NCBI GenBank assembly: GCA_964016885.1
Contig: OZ024742.1
Span: 254,262,001 to 254,326,000 of the forward strand
Reading direction: 5' to 3'
Origin: Eledone cirrhosa
Lineage: Eukaryota
DNA: 64,000 nucleotides
The notes beneath the pieces are model-generated. The model had not been told where the DNA came from. It ran no database searches and was given only the letters and a program-made list of their open reading frames with translations. Positions 11,903 through 23,989 of the stretch are shown piece after piece. The position numbers were made by a program, and so were the translations under genes. The number at the start of each line of letters is the position of its first letter. Positions within the stretch are counted from its first letter, which is position 1.

Positions 11903-13444
11903 TCACCTCCGAGCAGATTTTTAGCCGAAAATCGTTAACGATGAAGCCAAGGACCCACAAAGTACAGTTTAAACCCCCCCCCTTCTAGACGGAAGTCGAT
12001 ACAGATTATTGAATCAGCAAGAACAAATGCTGAAAGAGCACATCAGTGAAAAAATAATTGAGCAGAAAGATGCATGCAAGAAAAAAAATGAGGCGCTACG
12101 GGCCGTGTGGAGCCGCTGTCAAATGACTAGCTGTTTTGTAGTTTATACGTGACCACCAAAGGTCTAACAGAAAATAGATAAAGTCTGACATGGGCGAAGT
12201 TGCTGTTCTTGCATTAAATGTTAATGGTAAGTGTTGTACCAGTAGCTGTGGACGAAGCTATTATGGTAGTTTACCAGTGCTGGCAAGAAGATGATGGGTA
12301 GGCGAGAAAATGCTGGCCTCCCAGATGTATTGCCGAATGTGCTAGGGAGCCAGGAAAAAAAATGGCTGGTTGCTTTGAAAAGAAAAAAAGCAAGTTGAAT
12401 CTGTAGGTGGGTTGCAGTTCCATAATTCGGGCGAATCCACAGAAGTGGTGGAAATGCTGACAAGTCCAGTTCTATTTGTTGTTTTCCCGGTGAGTTGGGT
12501 AAGATAAGATAGAGACTGTTATGGACGATGAATGTGCAACGAGATGCGAAACTGTTTGAGTTCAGCTGCAATTAGCATTCTCGTGTTGCGGTGCAGGTGA
12601 ATTAAGCTGCGAGTGTCGATAGCATGTTTTGGTACCTCCAGAAGGTGAAAAGGGATCTCGCAGAATATTACGACGCTTGAAGATCACATACCATAGACAA
12701 CAACATGTTGGTGTGTGTATATATGCAGGCATGTAATACAGCAAAGAAAATGTGTGCGTGCGGTCACATATACAATGATAGAGAGAAATGAATTTTCATA
12801 TAATACAGTTTTTAAAAAAATAAATGTCCAAAATAAATGCCTGAAAAAAAAAGAAAGAAAGAAAGAATTGTTTCTTTTCTTTTTTCTTTGGGAACGCTCT
12901 TACTAGGGAGCTGGTAGAGTTGTTGTTGTTGTTAAAGCAAAGTCACAATGAATCTTCTGTGGAGTAGAAGTCTAGCGTTGAAGGACCCAGAGACACCAAC
13001 ATGGCAGCCACGTCTGACGCCATAATGGTGAGAAAACTAATGTCTTAATTTCTCGAGTCCTTGTGGTAACGAGACAGAAGGTATGGTGGTTGCGACGGTA
13101 AAGTTACAAGTCGTTCCCTGGTGTTGGTTAATAGTTAGCCATGTGTTGCTGCTGATGGCTGGTACTTGGTGGTAGCCGTTTTGAAATTTCCTCATGGCGT
13201 AAAGTTTTTGAAAAACTGGTAATTTTTTTCTAAAGAAATTTTGAATAATAAAAAAAATTATTTTCCATGAAAATCCCAAGATGGCCGATCAAAAAATGTG
13301 TCCGTGATGAAAAAGCCGTCATGTGGCACGATGCAGCCAATCAGACGGCTGGGATTGAAGAAGACAAGCTGTACGCGGGAAAACAACATTTTTGAGTCTC
13401 CATTTTGTAACTTTAACAGAAGTTTGAAAGCAATATTCTATAAA

Positions 13445-13628
13445 GGCGGTGGATTGGCAGTATCGGTAGAGGGTCGGACGCCATGCTTTCCAGCATAGTT
13501 ACGTCCCTTTACGATCTGAGTTCAAATCCCGCCGAGGTTGACTTTGCCTTTCATCCTTACGGGGTCGATAAAATAAAGTACCAGTAATGAACTGGGTTAT
13601 TGCTGGCCTTGTGCCTAAAGTAGAAACA
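13445..13628 (+). mobile_element. Full-length young tRNA-derived Meta-like SINE inside the LTR element
   Basis: A box tggcagtatcgg, B box gttcaaatcc, gactttgcctttcatccttacggggtcgataaaataaagtaccag. TSD aatattctata at 13432-13442 and 13629-13639. Confidence 0.9.
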
Positions 13629-14054
13629 AATATTCTATATTCAGAGAAATTCTTTTTTTTTTTTTTTTTTTTTTAACAAACTATGCTTGCAAGGCAAGTT
13701 GTTCTTAGTCGGTGGTCACCGTACTCATTTTATCAACTAATTGAAAATACCAAACCACCTCAACCGGATAGAAGGCATCGCATAATTTTCAATCCAAAAG
13801 AGAAATTTTTTGTTAGTCGTCGAAAAAACTCTTTCTTTTGTGTTCGTCTGTATGCGTGAGTCACTAGTGTTACCATGAAAGTTATGACAGAAATATTGTG
13901 CAGGCCGCGTGCTTCAACAAATGGAATATTATGAATTGTATGGGCTTACACTAAGTGAGTCTAGCTACCCGATTCGAACATTCCAAATGTTAAGCCACTC
14001 CACATAGCCATTAAAACGAATGGCGAATTCAAATAGGCTGCGTTTTCATACTTA

Positions 14055-14071
14055 ATCATCGAGGGTCACCA
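14055..14071 (-). promoter_or_regulatory. Primer-binding site, tRNA-Trp-like
   Basis: TGGTGACCCTCGATGAT directly after the 5' LTR resembles the complement of the tRNA-Trp 3' end (TGGTGACCCCGACGTGAT). Confidence 0.7.
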
Positions 14072-14072
14072 A

Positions 14073-14523
14073 TTTAGCGGAGAAGTATATTTAGAGTTAT
14101 AAGGTTGCCACGAGGAACCAGGTTTGGTAGAAAGATATGATAGGAATATCGACAACGACTTTAGCTTGTTTTTACATTATTTATTAACAAAGGTTAAGAA
14201 GTGAATTAAGCTGGCATGCCAAGAGAAATGTAATAATTCAATTAAGATTACAAGAGAAAATACGGTCGACTGGCTGAGGCGTTTAGCCAGGTCCGTAGCA
14301 ATGTTTTGTCGTTACATATTGTTTGTGCTTACGGAGCAAAATAACAAGTGGTGTTTACCTTAGCAGGGTCAAGCTGCAAGAGTGAGTTTCCTCAAATCTT
14401 CGCGGGCTATTTCTCTCTCAGAACGCGTAGGGATACATCCTCTTCTCCTGGCGCTGATTGGCTGAGCTGAGCCAAATCACGCACAGAGAATGTATGTGAG
14501 CCCGCGGAATGTAGGTCACTGCA
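14073..14523 (-). repeat. 5' LTR
   Basis: Minus strand reads TGCAGTGACC...CCGCTAAA; only a few differences from 11450-11902. Confidence 0.9.
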
Positions 14524-14705
14524 ACTCTAACCTAGTTCTTCACAGTCATTAGCTCGACGTTTGTGAATTGGATATTATTTTGAACATAAATGTTTCTAAA
14601 CTATAATGTTTTGATGTACTTAAATATATTTATCAGAGTTATTTATAATTTTTGGTAGTAAATATGTTTTGATGTGTTGAAATATAAGCATTATTTTTAT
14701 AATTC

Positions 14706-14886
14706 GGTGGATCGGCAGTATCGGTAGAGGGTCGGACGCCATGCTTTCCAGCATAGTTACGTCCCTTTACAATCTGAGTTCAAATCCCGCCGAGGTTGAC
14801 TTTGCCTTTCATCCTTACGGGGTCAATAAAATAAAGTACCAGTAATGCACTGGTTAATTGCTGGCCTTGTGCCTAAAGTAGAAACA
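14706..14886 (+). mobile_element. Young Meta-like SINE
   Basis: Nearly identical to 13445 copy. TSD attatttttataattc / attatttttgtaattc at 14690-14705 and 14887-14902. Confidence 0.9.
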
Positions 14887-16310
14887 ATTATTTTTGTAAT
14901 TCAAGGTTTTATTTTTATTTCATTTCGAATCCATTTAGGTTTCTGCTTATTTATACAGTATTTTGGATTGTAGTGTAAATTAAGAAGTATTCATGTAATA
15001 GTTATCAAAATAAATTTAACCAAATAAAAAGTCTGAAAAAATTTGCTTTAACTTTAGTAAATATGGTTGGTTTTTAGAGAAAACAAAATAACACTGATTA
15101 GAGAATTTAAAATAATGACATGGAAACACTTCTCTGGGAGGCCTTCTGCATGAAAAACATATAATTAAGAGGGTGTTAATATACATAATGAAGTCAGTCA
15201 AGTTTGTTCTTTTCTAGAATTTGTGTCAAATTTTTATTCATTTAGGATTATTGATTTTTAATTAAAATTTGTTTAATTTTCACATATAATAATTATAATA
15301 TTTTGTTCTTTATCTTAAGCAAGTAAAATGATATTATTCTCACTTAATTAACTTGTGATAAAAAACAAACTAAAACATTTGGATGTGTTTGATGTTGTTT
15401 AGCCCCAGGTTAACAAAATTTGAGCAGATCTATGATCAATGATGTTCCAGCAATTAGCAACCAATCTCGTTTGCAGATGAATTATATATAGGAATACATT
15501 ATCTAACTGCCTAATGGCACTATAACACTTAATGGTGGTAGTGAACTTTGAAGGAAATAGATTTTAACTACAATTTCTAGCAAATCAACTGACCACTCTT
15601 TATCTCATCATTTTCTTTGCTGAGTACATTCTCGTATTAAGCTGTGATTTCGCAGAGTTGTTAGAAAGTTAGATAAAATACTTTGCAGCATCCATTTTGG
15701 CTCTCTGCTCACTAAGTTCAAATCTCACAGAGGTCAATTTTACCTTTCATCATTTCAATACCATCAAATAAATTACACCTATGATTCCATCACTAGTTAA
15801 GTTGCCCATGGATGAATTCTTTATTTTAAAAAAAACCTTCCTCTTAGCTTTCCAAAAATGATTTCACCTGATATTAACTAATTAATAAACACTTTCTATT
15901 ATTGCCTGCCAGCTTCCTCATTTTTTCTGAAATTTCGAGTTTAACATGACTAAATTGACTGCCGGCATTGCTGCATAGTTAAGAAATTTCCTTCATAACC
16001 ACGTGGTATTGGATTCAATCTGACTGTGTGACACCTTTGGCAAATGTCTTTTTCCATAGCATCAGGTGGACTAATGCCTTTTAAGAGGAATATATACATA
16101 TATATATATATAAATCAATGAAAATAGAGTTAACTGATTTGTAATCAACTGATTCTTATACATAACAGATGCCAAGCACTCAACTGTATAAATTTATTTT
16201 GAGTATTATTATAATAATAATAAAAATAGTAATAAACAAAAGATATATACTATGCTGATAGACAAACAAACAGGACAGATCGGTGACCACCAAGCATATG
16301 TCTAGAAAAA

Positions 16311-16387
<77 letters not shown>

Positions 16388-16389
16388 GT

Positions 16390-16666
16390 ATATTTGCCTT
16401 GTCTAATAAGCGTACTTGTACTGTATTATTTCACCCAAATCTCCTGGGATGCTATAAGCCATGATGGCTATTATGATTCTCTCTCTCTCTCTCTCTACGA
16501 AAGTCATCTATCCCTTACCCATTACCTCCCTTCCTCTTTCTTTTTGAGGTTTACAAAGCTAGATGAACATCTTCGAAATCCTCACATATTTGCCTTGTCT
16601 AATATGCATACTTGTACCGGATTATTTCACCCAAATCTCCTGGGATGCTATAAGCCATGATGGCTA
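16390..16666. repeat. 81-bp direct repeat, ~196-bp period, next to (TA)n
   Basis: atatttgccttgtctaat...gctataagccatgatggcta at 16390-16470 and 16586-16666. Confidence 0.85.
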
Positions 16667-17004
16667 CCTATCTCACAATTTTCCTCCCACCCACCCCCAT
16701 AGACTATTCGACCAATCAAACCTCAGCAACATGTTGCCCAGCCATTACCAATCCCAACAAACTCTGCCATTACTACTACTACTACTCTTCTTCTAGCCCT
16801 TACCAGCCCCAACAAACCCTGCTATTATTACTACTACTGTCCTTCTAGCCCTGAATTCTTTTACCGTTATGTATGGATGAGCTGAGGATAAATGGAGCAA
16901 TCCTGAATTAATAAATGAATATGAATCCGCGAGTTACAAAGCACCCATGCGAAGCTTCAATTTAGAGACAGGAAGCATACCCCCCCCCCACACACACACA
17001 CAAA

Positions 17005-20000
17005 ACTCCGAGTTGGAACCATGAATGTAAGCACAATGAAAGGAAGAGCAGGAGAAATCGTAGAGATGCTAGAGCGAAAGGAAATTGATGTATGCTGTGT
17101 GCAAGAGACTAGATGGAGAGGAGCGACCACTAGAGTCCTTGTAGGCAAAAGTCAGTGCTACAAATTTTTCTGGGTGGGAAATGACAGCAGGATGGATGGT
17201 GTAGGTATACTATTAGCTGACAAATGGGTAGATAAAGTAATCTCAGTGAACAGGGGGAAGGCAAGAATCATTAAACTCAGACTAGTCCTGAATAAAACAA
17301 TTGCCACAATAATATCAGCTTACACACCCCAATCGGAGTTGCCAGAGGTACTTAAGGATAGGTTTTACGAGTCCCTAATGCACACTACTGCCCTAACAAA
17401 CGACACTGACTTCCTAATCATTGCAGGAGATTTTAACAGACACGTTGGTAAACACCATGATGGCTTCTATAGAGTCCATGGAGGTCACAGGTTTGACACA
17501 AGAAATGAAGAAGAATTCAGGCTTCTAAAATTTTGTGATGCCAATGACATGGTCGATATGTAACACAAACTTCAAAAAACCCGACAACCATCTGATCATC
17601 TATAGATCAGGGGAACATTCTAGTCGGATAGATTTTATCCTCGTCAGAGGATGTGAGAGATGGACAGTTGTAAAAACAAAAGCCTTCCCTGGTGAGGAAT
17701 GTACCTCCCAACATAACTTCGTTGTCAGCAACCTCACTCTCAGAACTAGACGAATTTGGAAACAGAAGGCAACCAGGAGAAGAAAGATCTGGAAGCTGAA
17801 AGACCCCTCAGCCAGTAACAGATTTAAAGATATTTTACTCAACGCCTATGACAATAAAGAAAAACATATACAGACATTCAATGTAGAAGAGCATTGGGAG
17901 TTCCTAAAAAATAACTTACTAAAGGCGACGGATGAGATCTGTGGTTGGAGCAATACCACATGGAGGAGGAGAGTGAATTGGTGGTGGAACAATAAGCTAG
18001 ATGAAGCAGTTAAGGCTAAGAGACAGGCATGGAAAGAATGGAAGAACGGGGGAAGCAGGGTACATTACATAGAGACCAGGAGAGAAGCTAGGCGACAAGT
18101 ATACTTAGCTAGAACGGAAATGGAGGATAAAACATTCAAGCATGTTTTGCAACGTGAAGACCAGAAACAGGAGGTGTTCAAGATTGCAAGGCAGTGTGTC
18201 AGAGAAAATTGTGATGTCATTGGAGAGAAGTGTATCCAGAATGATAAATGTGACATTGCCCTCAGAAGTGCTGAGAAGAAAGATGCATGGAAGAGCCATT
18301 ATGATAGATTACTAAATAAGGAGAATGCATGGGAAAAAGAGACCCTATCCTAAGTGGACCCTATAGAGAGGCCAGCAGTACAAGTCAGTACCAGCGTAGT
18401 ATGTAAGGCAATCAAACATATGAAGATGGGGAAGGCAACTGGTCCATTGGGTATAGCTGCCGAGATGCTGAAGGCATCTGGGTCGGTAGGTCACACCATA
18501 ACCACACATATTGTTAACCAGGTAATACTAGAGTGTGTCATACCAAAGGATTGATGCAGCAGAACATTGTCAACTGCTACAAGGGTAAAGGTGATGCACT
18601 AGATAGAGGAAACTATAGAGGTATAAAGCTGATGGACCAGGTCATGAAAGTAATGGAAAGAGTTATAGCCCACCTGATTAGTGACCGGGTAAAACTAGAT
18701 GAGATGCAATTTCGGTTTGTGCTAGGAAAAGGCACCACTGATGCCCTCTTCCTTGTGAAGCAGTTACAGGAAAAGTACCTAGCTAAAAGTAAGCCGCTCT
18801 ACCTGGCATTCGTCGATCTCGAGAAAGCCTTTGACAGAGTTCCACGTGCTATAATCTGGTGGGCTCTTAGAAAACTAGGAGTAGATGAATGGCTTGTGAA
18901 AGCTGTCTGTACAAGCTATGTATAGGGGAGCAGTCAGCAAAGTTAGAGTTAGCAATGACTATAGCGAGGAAGTTATCATACAGGTTGGTGTCCACCAGAG
19001 CTCTGTTCTTAGCCCTCACCTGTGCATTATAGTTTTGCAGGCAATAACGGAGGAGTTTAAGACCGGATGCCCATGGGAACTTCTATATGCGGATGATCTC
19101 GCACTTATAGCTGAATTTATGGTGCAACTAGAGAAGAAATTTCAAACATGGAAGCAGGGACTAGAAAGAAAGGGTCTCAAAGTCAACCTGACAAAGACTA
19201 CAGTCCTCGTAAGTAGACGAGAAAACCCAGATCCGCTCAGGGAAATGGCCTTGTTCAGTATGTAGGAAAGGTGTAGGTAGGAACTCCATCCTCTGCCCCA
19301 AATGCAAACAATGGGTACACAAGAGATGCAGTGGAATCTCAAGAAGCTTAACTAAGAATGTAGACTTCACATGTAGCAGCTGTGCTGGGACACCAAGCAG
19401 CAAATGGCCACAGGAAACAAGCACCCCCAAACTGTGGGAGAGCTCTGTAGAAACAGTAGACAGATTCTGCTACCTAGGTGACCGAATTAGCAGTGGGTGT
19501 TCGGAAAATACAATAACTAGGGTAAGAACAGAATGGAAGAAGTTCAGGGAGCTAGTGGCACTGCTAGCTGCAAAAAGCTTTTCCCTCAAAATGAAAGGCA
19601 GACTGTATGCTGCGTGTATACAAACAGCAATGTTACATGGTAGTGAGACCTGGGCGCTGTCTGTAGAAGACTTGTGTAGATTAGAAAGAAACAAAGCTTG
19701 CATGCTCCGATGGACGTGTAATAGTAATATATGCGAACAGCAAAGCAGAAATGAATTGAGAGAGAGACTGAGCAAAAGAGGAATCAAATACTGTGTGCAG
19801 GAGAGGAGGTTGCGTTGGTATGGACATGTGATGCGTATGAAGGATGACAGCGGCATAAAAAGGTGCACTAGAAGTCAATGGATGCCACGGAGTGGGAAGA
19901 CCCAAGAAGACCTGGGATGAGGTGATAAAAGCCGACCTTACCCAATTGCTCCTCTCAAAGGTGATGACACATGACCGTAACCTCATGCAGTAATACAGAA

Positions 20001-20340
20001 GACCCGACTTCCCATGGGAACAAGCTGAAGCTGAAGCATAGAGACAATATGCCCCCACCCCTTCCCACTGCAAAGTGTTCATGGAGGTGCCACGGCAAAA
20101 AAAGCACCCAGCCCACACTGTAAAGCGGACGTGTAAGCGCCACGGATATAAAACACCCAGCACTCACTGTAAATGTGGTTGGTGTTAGGAAGGGCATCCA
20201 GCTGTAGAAATCAAGCCAGAATCAGTTCCCGTATGAGCAAGACAAGGTCAGCTGACCGGATACTGCCCATAACAGGACAACCCATCTAATCTATACTAGC
20301 GGGGAAGAATGGACGCAAAACGGTGATGATGATGATAATG
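17005..20340 (+). mobile_element. Near full-length RTE-clade LINE (APE-RT-PHD), pseudogenised
   Basis: LRVGTMNVSTMKG..DVCCVQETRW, IAGDFN, IDFILV, NYRGIKL, FVDLEKAFDRV, LLYADDL, C4HC3 finger, RLRWYGHV. Frameshifts and stops; 3'UTR with ~40-bp subrepeats; (TGA)n tail. Confidence 0.95.
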
Positions 20341-20799
20341 ATATATATAAATGTGTGTGTGTGCGTATGTATGAATATTTCCTACAATTGGATGCCATTT
20401 CTATCACGAACCACATTACTGAATTTACTGGGTGCATTTTCTGTAGCAGCATCCCTAGACTGGCTGAGGATCTTCTCAACTCTTTTTTGGCTTGGTTTCT
20501 ATTCCTGGAAGCCCTTCCTAACACCAATCACATTACAAATTGTAATGGGGCATTTTATTGTGGCACCTACCCTAAGGAGGTTGTTGGTCATTGACTTGAC
20601 TGAAGAGCCCTCCCTACTCTATTAGGTGATGGGCATGGATACTTGCCCCAAGTGAGATGTGTTGTTTTTTTGGTGTAGGATAGGATGAGGGGAAGGTAAG
20701 ATGGATGAGTTTGATGTCATGAGTGACTGATAATCGGTTGGAGGGAGACTGGCAACTATGATATGGTAGTGTAGTGGAGTTTAAAGGAATGGTGTGGGA

Positions 20800-20990
20800 A
20801 AGAAATAGACTGAGAAATTATGTCATGGCTGTATGAATTACAGCTACAATTCATTTTTTCCAGCTGAGTGAACTGGAGCAAAACAAAATGAAGTGTCTTG
20901 CTCAAGGAGACAATGTGTAACCAGCAATGAATCTTATAACTTTCTGATGGTGACCTGATCACCCTGACTACAAAGTCATGCACCTTCACC
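20800..20990 (-). mobile_element. Old CORE-type SINE
   Basis: cagctgagtgaactggagcaaaacaaaatgaagtgtcttgctcaagg is the reverse complement of the CORE-like body. Confidence 0.6.
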
Positions 20991-21922
20991 ATATATATAT
21001 GTGGCTATGGTAAAAGCGGAATGATAACTGGAGCTAAGATAGGATGGTTGCTGTTTAAATAGATGTGATGTGTTAGTTCTACTGATGGTCTTTGTGGTTG
21101 AGTAGTGTAAACCATAGGAATAGGCAACAAGATCACCAAAAAGATCTGGGTGCATATCCCATTAGAGGAGAAATCAGTAGAAGGACACCTATGAGTCATT
21201 GTTTAATGTCCTCTTTCCAGGCTAGCAAGGGTAGACAGGTCTACATAGTCAGTACTGAAGTGGGGCTACTGACCTTCCTGACAGAACAGGTGTGGGGTGC
21301 ATCTTGCTTATGTCTGATCTCCCATTCTACTGAGTTGACCAGCACAAGAGAGACTGCAATGTCTTTGACACAACTGAAAGATTCTCCTGACCCCTTGTTT
21401 GGCAAGCTTTCTAAGGTTGGATGTTCTTCTTATTGATAACCACTTTACAGCAGGTACTGGGTGCATTTATATAGATCACCAACACTAGAGAAGTTGTGCC
21501 ATAACACAACTGAAGGATCATCTAAACCTATTTTAGGCATGGTTTCTCAGCTGGATGTCCTTCCTATCCCCAACTGCCTTACATTATGTACTGGGTGCAT
21601 TTTCGTGGCACAAATGCTAAGGTTGTTGGTCTTTGTCCCAACCAAAGAACTCTCTCTGCTCTGTGGGTCTTTGATTAGGATCGATAGAAGGAGATAAGTA
21701 TGAAGTTATGGCAAGTGTGATGTGATTTAGCAAGGTGATGAGTGGGAATGGGCTTAAGGAGAGTGGATGAAGGGGTGAGAACACTGAAGTGGAGATAGTG
21801 GTGGTGAAGGTGGGGAATGTGGATGGTTTGATCAATAGCATAGGGGGTGTCAGTATCTTTATTTATTAGACATCTGAAGAAATTAAGTTATATGTCTACG
21901 ATATGAGTTAGCTAAAATTGAT

Positions 21923-21935
21923 ACCACCACCACTA

Positions 21936-22030
<95 letters not shown>

Positions 22031-22031
22031 G

Positions 22032-22074
<43 letters not shown>

Positions 22075-22078
22075 CATC
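21923..22078. repeat. (CTA)n microsatellite
   Basis: Seen directly; it explains the poly-L/V/S ORFs. Confidence 0.98.
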
Positions 22079-22789
22079 ATCCCTTACATATATCATTTAC
22101 CTGAAATTCATAATTATGGAAAGCTCATTTGTAATGAAGTGAAACTTGTATGCAGTCCAGCCCTGAACACTATGTGTGTAGCACATATCCCAAATCACAT
22201 TAACTACTATGGTCACTCACTGTCTCCTTATTTAGAATTAATAGTAGCTTAGTCACATCACGATATCTATAATAATAAGTGGCGCTCTGATAATTTGAAT
22301 GCGTGAAGCGAAAATCTATCAAACTGTGTGTGTGTGCTGTTGATGTTAAAAGTCTTCAGATAAGGCCATCCGTTTGCTTTAGCTAAATCAATTCCCTTCT
22401 GTGAAAGATAATGTCAGAATTAGAAAATAGTGATGGTGTTTTAAGAGACAGAGCCTAAGCAGAAGAAAATTGTATAAGGTTGCAAATAATTGCTTTCATA
22501 ATGAAATGCATTTCCGTTTCTAAGCTGAAGAAATAAATGATTTATATGATTAATTCAGGGATTATATTATCCTTTTAGAATTGATGTGCTCATACACACC
22601 ACCACAGGTGGTGCTGATTACTTACTGAAGATGGAAAAAAGTGCTATTTATACAATAATAAACAGAAGTGAATATCTTCTACTACAGTGATTTTCAGAGT
22701 TTTAAGTCACATTCTACCTCTTTACAATCCCAGGTTTCTACACTTCCTCTCCATTTTGGAGTGATGTTAAGTACCTGAGACAAAACATC

Positions 22790-22945
22790 ACTTTATAACA
22801 GAGTACTGCACTGCCCTCACCCCGGACAGTAGACCACTCTATAACAGAATGCTGGTCCTCCTGGATGGGACACCACTCGAAAGCAGAGTACAGCCCCCCA
22901 ACACCCTGGACAGGACGCCACTCAAAAACAGAGCACTGCCTCACC
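22790..22945. repeat. Degenerate ~40-45-bp tandem repeat
   Basis: The motif ctggacaggacgccactc..aacagag(c/t)actg occurs 3-4 times. Confidence 0.65.
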
Positions 22946-23009
22946 CACACCCACACAATAATACCATTCTACTGGTCCTCCTGGAGGACCAGTGCTTTAC
23001 AGGATACCA

Positions 23010-23312
23010 CTTCACACTTCACAGGCAATATAGTTAAGTGGACCACAGGACTTCACACTTCACTGGTAGTATAGTTAAGTAAACCACAGGATTTCACACT
23101 TCATTCGTAGTATAGTTAAATGAACCATATCTCTTCACACTTCACTGGTAATATAGTAAAGGGAACCACAGGACTTCCCACTTCACTGGTAATATAGTTA
23201 AGTGAACCATATCTCTTCACACTTCACTGGTAATACAGTTAAGTGAGCCATATCTCTTCACACTTCACTGGTAGTATAGTTAATTAAACCATATCTTTTC
23301 ACACGTCACTCA
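23010..23312. repeat. 41-bp minisatellite, ~7.5 copies
   Basis: Unit cttcacacttcactggtaatatagttaagtgaaccacagga starts at 23010, 23051, 23092, 23133 and onward. Confidence 0.95.
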
Positions 23313-23989
23313 TAGAAACTTCTGGTTTTCTTGGCCCTAGGACCACGTCTCAACTCATGACAATCAGCACAGAGTTAGCTACCCATAGCTGTGAGCATCA
23401 TAAGCTGGAATGGCTCTTCCAATGCGTCTCGCTCACCATCTTTCAGGGAAACGCTTTCTCTATTCTGTCACCCTGGGCTGCGGGGTGACTAGCATGTGGG
23501 CCTTCATTTGCTTATAATAGTGAGAGATGGGGAGAGTGAGAGAGATGGAGGCAGTAACAATGGGAATTTGATTGCATTATATTCAGACCTCACATGTATG
23601 CATATATTCATTTACTATGCACATGACAAACACATGAGATGTGGGAGATAAATTTAAATTCAGACAAATATGGCAATAAACCTCTGAATACATCTTGTAT
23701 AGCTTCTACCAAATGTGTGATCTGCTGTTAAATCTGAAGGTTAATGACTGAGTGAGTATAAGAAATGATTTTCAGGAAGCCATTAAAGTTTAATGTGTAT
23801 TTCAACATCATTTCTGTACATTTTTCCATGGTAGCATAGGTTGGACTGGTCATCACAGATTAAGTTCTAGCATAGGTTGAATTGGTCATCACAGATCAAG
23901 TTCTAAAGTAGGCTGAATTAATCATCACACACTTTCCTTTTCAGATAAATGATGACAAACATCAAGTTAATTCAGCAAAGGCAGAGCAG

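Larger units (their letters stand above)
11450..14523 (-). mobile_element. Non-autonomous LTR retrotransposon (Gypsy-like), recent
   Basis: Near-identical LTRs at 11450-11902 and 14073-14523; TSD actc at 11446-11449 and 14524-14527; PBS next to the right LTR; no pol ORF in the ~2.2-kb interior. Confidence 0.9.

Noticed and set aside
12221-12744. ORFs inside the LTR element as gag
   Set aside because: Only vague likeness (FPPLLW, CLWY); no intact motif.
13445-13535. Possible tRNA genes at SINE heads
   Set aside because: No proper cloverleaf or anticodon loop; each continues into a SINE body with TSDs.
15088-15185. CTGATTA...GAAACAC...GTGTT downstream of the Penelope fragment
   Set aside because: Core is mutated and stems I and II do not pair; at best a decayed remnant.
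21883-22142. Poly-Val/Ser/Leu ORFs
   Set aside because: They are translations of the (CTA)n microsatellite.
23010-23312. CRISPR-like regular repeat
   Set aside because: Units are contiguous with no unique spacers, there are no cas genes, and the context is eukaryotic; it is a minisatellite.
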